From NCBI RefSeq assembly GCF_042748965.1, contig NZ_JBHYRT010000003.1: a stretch of DNA of 24,000 bases, one strand, 5' to 3'. Of the stretch, positions 6,301-14,647 are shown piece after piece; the first letter of the stretch is position 1, and every line of letters begins with the position of its first letter. A program made the position numbers and the translations under genes. Under the pieces are notes generated by a model. The model ran no database searches. It was not told the DNA's origin and saw nothing but the letters and a program-made list of their open reading frames with translations. Source of the stretch: Comamonas odontotermitis (GTDB lineage: Bacteria; Pseudomonadota; Gammaproteobacteria; Burkholderiales; Burkholderiaceae_C).

Positions 6301-8757
6301 ATGACCTTCACGCTCCGCCGCATTTCCCTGATCACTGCTGCCGCACTGCTGGCAGCGGGCTGTGCCTCGACTGCCGTTGCCCCGATGGGCGCTGCAACGA
6401 TGCATGGCCAGGTCACCATCAAGCGTGATGACTTCGGTGTACCGCACGTATACGCCAATGACGTGCGCGGACTGTTCCATGGTTTTGGCTATGCAGTGGC
6501 GCAAGACCGCCTTTTCCAGATGGAGATGGCACGCCGCGCTGTGCTGGGCACCGTCTCCGAAGTAATGGGGCCGGCCTACGTCGCGCTCGACAAGGGCAGT
6601 CGCGCCAGTTTCTCGCCGGAATCGATCAGAGGCCAGATGGCCCGTCTGTCACCAGACGACAAGGCCATCTTCGATGGCTATGCTGCCGGCTTCAATGCCC
6701 GCGTGAACGAGGTGCTGGCAGCGCGTGCCACCTTGTTGCCCAAACAGTTCATTGATGCCGGCTTTGAGCCCAAGGCTGACTGGTCGGGCTACGACGTGGC
6801 CATGATCTGGGTCGGTACCATGGCCAACCGCTATTCCAATGTGAGCAGCGAGCTCGCCAATCTGCGCCTGCTGGAGCAGTTGCGCAAGGCCAACGGCGAT
6901 GTGCAGGGCAGGCAGTTGTTCGATCAGATCCGCTGGGTGGAAGACACCCGGGCTCCCACCACGGTGCCTCGCATCAATGGTGCAATCCGACCGATCGCCA
7001 CGAATGACGGGCACATGGCCAAGCTCGCGCCCGTCTCACCAGAATTGCTGGCAGCGCGCGACGAAATGGATGCCGCGCACCGAGGCGTTGCGCAGCCCTG
7101 GCAGCGGCCGATTGCCAGCAACCTCTGGATCGCCGGTCCCCAAAAGACGAGCGACGGCAGCACGGTCTTCATCAATGGGCCGCAGTTCAACTGGTTCAAC
7201 CCGTCATACGTGTTTGGCATCGGCCTGCACGGCGCAGGTTTCGATGTGACCGGAAACACCCCCTTTGCGCACCCTGTGGTGCTGTTCGGTACCAACGGCA
7301 AGATCGCCTGGGGCGCCACAGCGGGCCCGCTGGATGTGAACGACATGTACCAGGAGCAGCTGAACCCGGCCAATCCACATGAGTACCGGTTCAACGGCAC
7401 GATGCGAACCATGGCGAAGCGGACCGAGACCATCAAGGTCAAGGCAGAAGCCGACCAGAGCTTGGATATTTTTTCGACGGTGCATGGCACGGTCACCAAC
7501 TTCGACATACCCAACGGCGTTGCCTACTCGATGAAGCGCAGCTGGGACGGTTACGAGCTGGAGTCCCTGCTGGGCTGGATCCACTCAATGCGGGCGCAGA
7601 ACTGGCAGCAATGGCTGGCCCAGGCTTCGCGCGTGGCCATCACCATCAACTGGTATTACGCAGACACCGAAGGGAACATCGGCTACGTTTCGCCCGGTCG
7701 CCTGCCGATCCGCCCTGCACACCAGGATATCCGCCTTCCTGCATTGGGCGACGGCTCCATGGAGTGGGAAGGCATCCGGCCTTTCCGCGAGGACCCGCAG
7801 GTGCTCAATCCGGAGCAGGGCTATGTGGTGAACTGGAACAACCAGTCGGCACCCGGCGCCGTGAGTGACGGCGGCAACTATTCGGTGGTGGACCGTGTGA
7901 ACGAATTCAGCGCCAGGCTCAATGCCAAGGCCCGTCTCACCCCTGAGGAGTTGTGGGACCTCAACCGTGCCACCGCCTACGCAGACACCAATGCGCGCTA
8001 TCTGCTGCCCTTTGTGGCCGAGGCCACGCGCGGCCTGCCTCCCAATGATCCGGCCCGCCGCGCAGCACAACTTCTGGCTGGCTGGAATATGCTCAATGAA
8101 GACCCATCGGAGCGTGGCAGCTATGACAGCCCGGCCACGACGCTGATGATGACCTGGCTGCCGGTTCTTTTCAAGGCGGTGCTGGCCGATGATCTGCCGC
8201 CTGAGGTGTTTGCCGCCTATGCAGGTGGCGGCTATGCAGGCGATACGCAGGTGGCGAGCATTCGGCCAGGCAATGGGCTCAAGCTGGTCTACAACGCGCT
8301 CCTGGGTGCCAAGGCGGGTGTACCGCAGACCTATGACTTCTTCAACGGCCAGGACAAGAACACGGTACTGCGCGCTACGCTGGCCGAAGCCATGAAAGAG
8401 TTGCAGCAGCGCCATGGCGCGGATACCGCCGCATGGCGCATGCCTGTCACCAGGCATGTCTTTCTGACCAAGAACTTCATCGGTGCGCCGCAAGCCAATG
8501 CCGATGAGTTGCTCACGCTGCCAAGTTATATGAACCGCGGTACCCAGAACGACAAGGTGGTGCTCGGTGCCAAGGGCGTGAGCCTGTGCACTGCTGCACC
8601 GCCCGGCCAGAGCGGCTTTGTTGCGCCGGATGGCACCAAGTCGCCGCATTACGCCGATCAGATGGAGCTCTTCCAGAACTTTGGCTGCAAGCGCGAAGCG
8701 CTGACAGCTGCAGAGGTGGATCGCCGTGCCACTTCGGTTCAGGTACTCCGCTATTGA
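6301..8757 (+). CDS. pac: Penicillin G acylase-like Ntn hydrolase precursor (alpha subunit, spacer, beta subunit), probable lipoprotein
   Basis: The 818-aa protein is collinear with E. coli penicillin G acylase as I recall it. Shared blocks include RDDFGVPHVYAN...GFGYAVAQDRLFQMEMARR, LLPKQF, DVAMIWVGTMANRYS, ITINWYYAD..GNIGYV, VNWNN, APGQSGF.APDG...HY.DQ. The predicted beta-subunit N-terminal nucleophile is Ser273 (codon 7117-7119) in IA/SNLWIAG...NGPQFNWFNP. The N-terminus MTFTLRRISLITAAALLAAGC carries a lipobox-like LAAGC. Confidence 0.88.
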   Translation: MTFTLRRISLITAAALLAAGCASTAVAPMGAATMHGQVTIKRDDFGVPHVYANDVRGLFHGFGYAVAQDRLFQMEMARRAVLGTVSEVMGPAYVALDKGSRASFSPESIRGQMARLSPDDKAIFDGYAAGFNARVNEVLAARATLLPKQFIDAGFEPKADWSGYDVAMIWVGTMANRYSNVSSELANLRLLEQLRKANGDVQGRQLFDQIRWVEDTRAPTTVPRINGAIRPIATNDGHMAKLAPVSPELLAARDEMDAAHRGVAQPWQRPIASNLWIAGPQKTSDGSTVFINGPQFNWFNPSYVFGIGLHGAGFDVTGNTPFAHPVVLFGTNGKIAWGATAGPLDVNDMYQEQLNPANPHEYRFNGTMRTMAKRTETIKVKAEADQSLDIFSTVHGTVTNFDIPNGVAYSMKRSWDGYELESLLGWIHSMRAQNWQQWLAQASRVAITINWYYADTEGNIGYVSPGRLPIRPAHQDIRLPALGDGSMEWEGIRPFREDPQVLNPEQGYVVNWNNQSAPGAVSDGGNYSVVDRVNEFSARLNAKARLTPEELWDLNRATAYADTNARYLLPFVAEATRGLPPNDPARRAAQLLAGWNMLNEDPSERGSYDSPATTLMMTWLPVLFKAVLADDLPPEVFAAYAGGGYAGDTQVASIRPGNGLKLVYNALLGAKAGVPQTYDFFNGQDKNTVLRATLAEAMKELQQRHGADTAAWRMPVTRHVFLTKNFIGAPQANADELLTLPSYMNRGTQNDKVVLGAKGVSLCTAAPPGQSGFVAPDGTKSPHYADQMELFQNFGCKREALTAAEVDRRATSVQVLRY

Positions 8758-8796
8758 GCAAATCCAGTACGACCCACACATTTCAGGAGGTTCACC

Positions 8797-9813
8797 ATGT
8801 ACACCCAAGCCATGGACACCATGGGCAAAGAGCCGGGAGACGGCAACAAGCCCGTTCGCTCTGCCGAAGAGGCGCGCCTGCAGGAGCGCTTTGATGAGCG
8901 CATCGACGCGGGCGAGTTCATCGAAGCCAAGGACTGGATGCCCGACCATTACCGCAAGACCTTGCTGCGCCAGATCAGCCAGCATGCGCACTCGGAGATC
9001 GTCGGCATGCTGCCCGAAGGCAACTGGATCAGCCGTGCGCCCACCCTCAAGCGCAAGGCCATTCTGCTGGCCAAGGTGCAGGACGAGGGTGGTCATGGCC
9101 TGTATCTGTACGCGGCGGCTGAAACACTGGGCACCTCGCGTGACCAGATGCTTGACGCGCTGCACAGCGGCAAGGCCAAGTACAGCTCCATCTTCAACTA
9201 CCCCACGCTGACCTGGGCCGATATCGGCACCATCGGCTGGCTGGTGGATGGCGCGGCCATCATGAACCAGGTGCCGATCTGCCGCTGCTCCTATGCACCC
9301 TATGCACGTGCCATGATCCGCATCTGCCGCGAGGAGAGCTTTCACCAGCGTCAGGGCTTTGACGCGTTGCTCACGATGATGAAGAGCGGCACCCAGGCAC
9401 AGAAGGACATGGTGCAGGACGCGGTCAACCGCTGGTGGTGGCCATCGATCATGATGTTCGGTCCACCCGATGACCAATCGCCCAACAGTGCGCAATCGAT
9501 GCGCTGGGGCATCAAGCGTGTCTCCAACGATGAGCTGCGCCAGAAGTTCATCGACGCGACCGTGGAGCAGGCGCAGATCCTGGGCGTGACTCTGCCGGAC
9601 CCGGAGCTGAAATGGAACGAGGCGCGTGGTGCCCATGACCACGGGCCCATCGATTGGGATGAATTCTGGCGCGTGATTGCCGGAGACGGGCCCTGCAACC
9701 AGGAGCGGTTGGGTGCCCGTGTGCAAGCCTGGGACAACGGGGCCTGGGTGCGCGAAGCAGCGCTGGCCCATGCCCGCAAACAACAGAGTCGCGCCATCAA
9801 GGAGGCCGCATGA
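8797..9813 (+). CDS. paaA: 1,2-phenylacetyl-CoA epoxidase catalytic subunit PaaA
   Basis: AGGAGG lies 6 nt before the ATG. The blocks [60 protein letters not shown] are near-identical in pattern to E. coli PaaA (di-iron oxygenase). Confidence 0.95.
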   Translation: MYTQAMDTMGKEPGDGNKPVRSAEEARLQERFDERIDAGEFIEAKDWMPDHYRKTLLRQISQHAHSEIVGMLPEGNWISRAPTLKRKAILLAKVQDEGGHGLYLYAAAETLGTSRDQMLDALHSGKAKYSSIFNYPTLTWADIGTIGWLVDGAAIMNQVPICRCSYAPYARAMIRICREESFHQRQGFDALLTMMKSGTQAQKDMVQDAVNRWWWPSIMMFGPPDDQSPNSAQSMRWGIKRVSNDELRQKFIDATVEQAQILGVTLPDPELKWNEARGAHDHGPIDWDEFWRVIAGDGPCNQERLGARVQAWDNGAWVREAALAHARKQQSRAIKEAA

Positions 9814-10106
9814 ACGACAGTATCAAAATGGAATGGCCTCTGTGGGAGGTATTTGTGCGCAGCAAGGCAGGCCTGGACCACAAGCACTGCGGCAGCCTGC
9901 ATGCAGCGGACGCCAGAATGGCCATCCAGATGGCGCGTGATGTGTACACCCGTCGGCAGGAAGGCTGCAGCGTGTGGGTGGTGCAATCCGAGCAGATTGT
10001 GGCGAGCGATCCCGGTGACAAGGACATGTATTTCGATCCTGCAGAAGACAAGGTGTATCGCCACCCCACCTTCTTCCAGTTGCCCAAGGAAGTGGATCAC
10101 ATGTGA
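9810..10106 (+). CDS. paaB: 1,2-phenylacetyl-CoA epoxidase subunit PaaB
   Basis: An ATGA overlap couples it to the paaA stop. The translation is [24 protein letters not shown]...DVYTRRQEG...[14 protein letters not shown]. Confidence 0.93.
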   Translation: MNDSIKMEWPLWEVFVRSKAGLDHKHCGSLHAADARMAIQMARDVYTRRQEGCSVWVVQSEQIVASDPGDKDMYFDPAEDKVYRHPTFFQLPKEVDHM

Positions 10107-10120
10107 TCCCGGGAGAAACC

Positions 10121-10900
10121 ATGCCTGCTGAATCCATACAACTTGCACTTACGCCCGCGACGCAATACCTGCTGCGCATCGGCGACAGCTGCCTGATCCT
10201 GGCCCAACGCATCAGTGAATGGTGTGGCCATGCACCGGTCCTGGAAGAGGACATTGCCATGTCCAACATTGCGCTCGATCTGATCGGGCAGGCGCGCGCC
10301 GTGCTCACCCTGGCCGGGCAGGTGGAAGGGAACGGCCATGATGAAGATCAGCTGGCTTTTCTGCGCAATGAACGCGATTACTTCAACGTGACGCTGGCCG
10401 AATTGCCACGAGGAGATTTTGCATTCTCCGTGTTGCGCAACACCATGCTCGCCACCTGGCTGATGCTGCTGTGGGAGCAGGTGAGCGTGGAGAGCTGCAA
10501 TGAAGAGTTGCGCGCGATTGCCGCCAAGGCCGTGAAAGAAGTGCGATACCACCAGCAGCACTCCGCAGACTGGGTGGTGCGGCTGGGTGATGGCACGGAC
10601 GAGTCGCGCACCCGCATGGAAGCTGCGGTGAAACAACTGTGGCGCTATGCGCCGGAGTTGTTCGATACCGACGCAGCTGACGAGGCCGCCGCAGATGCTG
10701 GCTGGGGCCCGCGCTGGTCTGCATTGAAGGATGACTGGTACGCACAAATGGGTGAAGTTCTGGCCGAGGCGCAGTTGGCAGAGCCCGCAGCGTCACAGTT
10801 TCTGAGCGAAGGCAAGCGCGGCCGCCATAGCGAGCACATGGGCTTCATCCTGGCCGATATGCAATATCTGCAGCGCGCCTTTCCTGCAGGAGCATGGTGA
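10121..10900 (+). CDS. paaC: 1,2-phenylacetyl-CoA epoxidase structural subunit PaaC
   Basis: The ATG at 10121 is preceded by GGGAGA; the ORF-track start at 10103 is a GTG inside the paaB stop region. The protein is PaaC-like (LLRIGDSCLILAQRISEWCGHAPVLEEDIAMSNIALDLIGQAR) and sits in the conserved position between paaB and paaD. Confidence 0.9.
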   Translation: MPAESIQLALTPATQYLLRIGDSCLILAQRISEWCGHAPVLEEDIAMSNIALDLIGQARAVLTLAGQVEGNGHDEDQLAFLRNERDYFNVTLAELPRGDFAFSVLRNTMLATWLMLLWEQVSVESCNEELRAIAAKAVKEVRYHQQHSADWVVRLGDGTDESRTRMEAAVKQLWRYAPELFDTDAADEAAADAGWGPRWSALKDDWYAQMGEVLAEAQLAEPAASQFLSEGKRGRHSEHMGFILADMQYLQRAFPAGAW

Positions 10901-11427
10901 TGCATGCAGCTGACCTTGCGCAGGAAGCACGGGTGAGTGCCGCCTGGAAAGTGCTCCACACCGTGCTGGACCCCGAGGTGCCTGCCGTATCGGTGTGCGA
11001 CCTGGGCATTGTGCGCGACGTGGTTGCCGGGGAGGCGGGGCTGGAGATCGTGCTGACGCCGACCTACTCGGGCTGCCCGGCGACCGAGGTGATCGAGAGC
11101 GATGTGTTGGCCGCCATCGACGCCGCAGGACTGGGACCTGCGAGGGTGACGTTGCGCCGCGCACCTGCCTGGACGACGGACTGGATCAGTGCAGAAGGCC
11201 GGCGCAAGCTGGCCGAATACGGCATCGCGCCGCCAGGCATGGTGGACAAGGATGCCGCAGTGCCGATCCGGTTCTTCGGCCGCAGCATGAGCACTGCAAC
11301 ACCCGCGTGCCCGCGTTGCGGAAGCGCGCAGACAGAGCGGCTGTCCGCCTTTGGTGCCACTGCCTGCAAGGCCTTGTACCGGTGCCTGGCTTGCCGCGAA
11401 CCCTTTGAGCACTTCAAGCCTATTTGA
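10894..11427 (+). CDS. paaD: 1,2-phenylacetyl-CoA epoxidase subunit PaaD
   Basis: The protein has an N-terminal DUF59-like block (VLDPEVPAVSVCDLGIVRDV) and a C-terminal Cys cluster (CPRCGS...CKALYRCLACREPFEHFKPI). The start is ambiguous: ATG at 10894 or ATG at 10900. The latter overlaps the paaC TGA and is better spaced from GGAG at 10889-10892. Confidence 0.88.
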   Translation: MVMHAADLAQEARVSAAWKVLHTVLDPEVPAVSVCDLGIVRDVVAGEAGLEIVLTPTYSGCPATEVIESDVLAAIDAAGLGPARVTLRRAPAWTTDWISAEGRRKLAEYGIAPPGMVDKDAAVPIRFFGRSMSTATPACPRCGSAQTERLSAFGATACKALYRCLACREPFEHFKPI

Positions 11428-11442
11428 GTTGAGGAATCCAGT

Positions 11443-12528
11443 ATGAGCATCAGTTTCCATCCGCTGCGCGTGCGCAAGATCGAGCCGGATACGCAAGAAG
11501 CGGTGGTGGTGTCGTTTGACGTGCCCACGGACCTGCGCGAAGTATTTGGCTTCACACAGGGCCAGTATCTGACCTTGCGCGCGAATATCGACGGCCAGGA
11601 CCTGCGCCGTTCCTATTCGATCTGCGCAGGCGTAGACGATGGTGAGTTGCGCGTGGGCGTGCGCAAGGTGCGCGGCGGCGTGTTCTCCAACTGGATCAAC
11701 GAACACCTGCAGCCCGGTGACACTATCCAGGTGATGGCGCCGCAAGGGCGGTTCTTCGTACCCATCGAAAGCGATGCCGCCCGCCACCATGTGGGCATTG
11801 CTGGTGGCAGCGGCATCACGCCGATTCTCTCGATCATGAAGACCGTGCTGGCGCGCGAGCCCGCAAGCCGGTTCACCCTGATCTATGGCAACCGCGCATT
11901 GCGCTCGACCATGTTCAAGGAAGAGATCGAAGACCTCAAGAACCGCTACATGTCGCGTCTGGTGCTGCAGCACGTGTTTTCGGACGAGCACACCGATGCG
12001 CCGATCAACAGCGGCACGATGAACCGTGAAAAGATCGGTGAATTTCTGGCAAGCGTAGTGCCGGCTGGTCGCATTGACCATGTCTATGTCTGCGGCCCTT
12101 TCCAGATGAATGACGAGGCCGAGGCTGCCTTGCTGGCTGCAGGGGTTCCGGAAGAGCGCATCCATATTGAGCGCTTTGGCGTGGCGCTGCAGGCTGCTGG
12201 CACGGTGGGCGCTGTGGTGCACGAAGCCAAGCCAGGAGACGCCGAGGCCGCGCGCATTGTGATCATCCGTGATGGCCTGTCACGCGAGATTCCGTTTACC
12301 AAAGGACAGCCCAGCATTCTCGATGCGGCATCTGCTGCTGGCATGGAGGTACCTTATTCATGCACCTCCGGTGTATGCGGTACCTGCCGGGCCAAGCTGG
12401 TGGAAGGCGAGGTGCGGATGGAGCGCAACTTTGCCTTGGATAAAAAGGAGGTGGCCGATGGCTTCATCCTCACCTGCCAGGCGCACCCGTTGACAGAGCG
12501 CGTTGTGCTCTCATTTGATGAGCGTTGA
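11443..12528 (+). CDS. paaE: 1,2-phenylacetyl-CoA epoxidase reductase subunit PaaE (FNR-like plus plant-type 2Fe-2S ferredoxin domain)
   Basis: GAGGAA RBS upstream. It has a flavin-binding RRSYSI motif, an NAD-binding GIAGGSGITP motif, and C-terminal CTSGVCGTCRAKL...C ferredoxin cysteines. Confidence 0.93.
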   Translation: MSISFHPLRVRKIEPDTQEAVVVSFDVPTDLREVFGFTQGQYLTLRANIDGQDLRRSYSICAGVDDGELRVGVRKVRGGVFSNWINEHLQPGDTIQVMAPQGRFFVPIESDAARHHVGIAGGSGITPILSIMKTVLAREPASRFTLIYGNRALRSTMFKEEIEDLKNRYMSRLVLQHVFSDEHTDAPINSGTMNREKIGEFLASVVPAGRIDHVYVCGPFQMNDEAEAALLAAGVPEERIHIERFGVALQAAGTVGAVVHEAKPGDAEAARIVIIRDGLSREIPFTKGQPSILDAASAAGMEVPYSCTSGVCGTCRAKLVEGEVRMERNFALDKKEVADGFILTCQAHPLTERVVLSFDER

Positions 12529-12556
12529 TACCCTGGAAGGGAGAATGGTTTGAGGC

Positions 12557-13201
12557 ATGATGAGCGCCACCATCATCAACAAGGAAGACGCCATGGCTCG
12601 AGGACGGGCACCCGGTTATGAAGACCAGAGAGAACATATCCTGCACCAGGCTGCGGAGCTGTTTGCCCGCGCAGGTTACGCGGCAACCTCGATGAATGAG
12701 GTGGCGAGTGCCTGTGGCCTGTCCAAGCCGGCGCTCTACCATTACTTCAAGGACAAGAATGCGTTGCTGCTTGAGATTTGCGATGCGCATATCACGCGAC
12801 TGATTGCCCTGGTGGACGGGGTGGATCAGCAGCTGCCTGCCGAGCCTCGCCTGCGCTTGTTGATCGAGCGCTTTGTGCAGGAGTATGCCCATGCCGTCAA
12901 CGAGCACCGGGTGCTGACCGAGGATGTGCGTTTCTTGAATGAAGAGGATCAGGAGCGGATTCTGAACGGTGAACGTCAGGTGGTGGAGAGCGTGGCACGC
13001 GCTGTGCGTGAGCTGCGCCCCCAGACGGACCAGGCGGGGCTGACCAAGGCACTCACCATGCTGTTGTTCGGCATGATGAACTGGATGTTCACCTGGCTCA
13101 AGCCCCATGGTGCCTTGAGCTACGACGCCATGGCGCCTGTTGTCGCCGATCTGTTTCTGGGAGGCGTAGGGGCAGTGCAAACCCCAGGTCAGAAACGCTG
13201 A
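12557..13201 (+). CDS. paaR: TetR-family transcriptional regulator, probable phenylacetate-pathway repressor PaaR
   Basis: It has a TetR N-terminal HTH (ILHQAAELFARAGYAATSMNEVASACGLSKPALYHYFKDK). It is the last gene of the paa operon, 28 bp after paaE. The start is ambiguous: ATG at 12557 or 12560, or ATG at 12593 (MARGR), which follows AAGGAAG. Confidence 0.75.
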   Translation: MMSATIINKEDAMARGRAPGYEDQREHILHQAAELFARAGYAATSMNEVASACGLSKPALYHYFKDKNALLLEICDAHITRLIALVDGVDQQLPAEPRLRLLIERFVQEYAHAVNEHRVLTEDVRFLNEEDQERILNGERQVVESVARAVRELRPQTDQAGLTKALTMLLFGMMNWMFTWLKPHGALSYDAMAPVVADLFLGGVGAVQTPGQKR

Positions 13202-13349
13202 AAAATACTGGTGAAAAATTATTTAATAAGTTAAATTGTTGTGCCGTTGTGATAGCCATGGATCTCGCACCGACATTGCCCATTGCATCGCAGCCATCAC
13301 CGCAATCGTAGGGGTCGTTTAGTAAGAGCCATCTTCAAGGAGACAATAT

Positions 13350-14498
13350 ATGAAGCGCTTTGCAAAACTGGGAATTGTTGCTGCCGCACTGGCTGCAGCA
13401 TGGGGTTCGGCCTGGGCCGACATCAATGTGGGTGTGGTGCTGTCGGCAACCGGCCCGGCTGCATCACTGGGCATTCCGGAGAAAAACACAATTGCGCTGA
13501 TGCCGCAGACCATTGGGGGGCAGAAGGTCAACTACATCATTCTCGATGATGCGTCCGACACCACCGCAGCCGTCTCCAACACCCGCAAGCTGATCAGCGA
13601 GAGCAAGGCCGACATCATCATCGGCTCCAGCATCACGCCCAACTCTCTGGCAATGATCGACGTGGTGGCAGAAGGCAAGACCCCCATGATCACCCTGGCG
13701 GCTTCTGCGAAGATCATCGAGCCGATGGACGACAGGAAGAAGTGGGTCTTCAAGACGCCCCAGAACGATGGACTGATGGCAGGTGCCATTGCAGACCATA
13801 TGGCCAAGAGTGGCGTCAAGACCGTCGGCTACATCGGCTTCAACGATGCCTATGGCGAGAGCTGGCTGCAGGAGTTCAAAAAGGCCGGTGAAGCCAAGGG
13901 CTTGAAGATCGTGGCGACCGAAGCCTTTTCGCGCGCGGACACGTCCGTGACCGGTCAGGCACTGAAGCTGATGGCTGCCAAGCCCGATGCGGTGCTGGTG
14001 GCGGGTTCGGGCACACCGGCGGCCCTGCCGGAGAAAACCCTCAAGGAGCGTGGCTACAAGGGCAAGTACTACCAGACCCACGGTGTGGCCAATGCAGATT
14101 TTCTGCGCGTAGGCGGCAAGGACGTGGAAGGCACTTTCCTGCCTGCGGGCCCGGTGTTGGTGGCCGATCAGTTGCCTGACAGCAACCCGGTCAAGAAGGA
14201 GGGCGTGGATTACGTCAAGGCCTATGAGGGCAAGTATGGCAAGGGCACTGCAGCCACTTTTGGCGCACATGCATGGGATGCAGGAAAGATCCTGTTCGCC
14301 GCTGTGCCCGAAGCGCTGAAAAAGGCGCAGCCTGGCACACCGGAGTTCCGCGCGGCGTTGCGCGATGCCTTGGAGCAGACCAAGAATGTACCTGGCGCAC
14401 ACGGCATTTTCTCCATGTCACCCACTGACCACCTCGGCATCCAGAATGGTGTGGTGATGGTCAAGATCGAAAACGGCACCTGGAAGTACCAACCCTGA
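13350..14498 (+). CDS. ABC transporter periplasmic substrate-binding protein, LivK/HAAT (type I PBP) family
   Basis: AGGAGA RBS upstream. It has a Sec signal peptide (MKRFAKLGIVAAALAAAWGSAWA/D). The mature protein starts INVGVVLSATGPAASLGIPEKN, typical of Leu/Ile/Val-binding-protein-fold receptors. Confidence 0.85.
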   Translation: MKRFAKLGIVAAALAAAWGSAWADINVGVVLSATGPAASLGIPEKNTIALMPQTIGGQKVNYIILDDASDTTAAVSNTRKLISESKADIIIGSSITPNSLAMIDVVAEGKTPMITLAASAKIIEPMDDRKKWVFKTPQNDGLMAGAIADHMAKSGVKTVGYIGFNDAYGESWLQEFKKAGEAKGLKIVATEAFSRADTSVTGQALKLMAAKPDAVLVAGSGTPAALPEKTLKERGYKGKYYQTHGVANADFLRVGGKDVEGTFLPAGPVLVADQLPDSNPVKKEGVDYVKAYEGKYGKGTAATFGAHAWDAGKILFAAVPEALKKAQPGTPEFRAALRDALEQTKNVPGAHGIFSMSPTDHLGIQNGVVMVKIENGTWKYQP

Positions 14499-14525
14499 TA
14501 TACGCCTGCAACGCATGAAACAGGC

Positions 14526-14578
14526 GCGGCCCCATCTGCGAGACGGTCAGCAAAAGCCGTTTTGCTGATGGGGCCGCA
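14526..14578 (+). other. Intercistronic extended stem-loop downstream of the binding-protein gene
   Basis: GCGGCCCCA (14526-14534) pairs with TGGGGCCGC (14570-14578). An inner stem pairs TCAGCAAAA with TTTTGCTGA around a GCCG loop, with a 12-nt bulge on the left arm. No clear U-tract follows. Confidence 0.5.
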
Positions 14579-14647
14579 GTTTCCCTTGCGGTGCGCCGCA
14601 AGGCAGCTCCGGGGTGTTTCATCTTTCCGCGTTTTCGAAAGTCGACT

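Noticed and set aside
7585-9783. Very long (732 aa) minus-strand ORF spanning the 3-prime part of the acylase gene, the intergenic gap and most of paaA
   Set aside because: It is antisense to two genes with unmistakable family signatures. Its translation is low-complexity (rich in R, A, G, H and L) with no recognisable motifs, no RBS and no sensible start context. Long stop-free antisense frames are expected in about 64% GC DNA with strong third-position GC bias.
10645-12222. 525-aa minus-strand ORF antisense to paaC, paaD and paaE
   Set aside because: Same reasoning: it is a shadow ORF opposite well-supported paa genes, with an Arg/Ala/His-rich translation and no domain-like blocks.
13250-13349. 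Possible sigma54 (-24 GG / -12 GC) promoter or riboswitch-like leader upstream of the binding-protein gene
   Set aside because: I could not locate a TGGCAC-N5-TTGC-like element with correct spacing. The roughly 90-nt GC-rich stretch shows no obvious conserved-looking helices. There is not enough evidence to call either.
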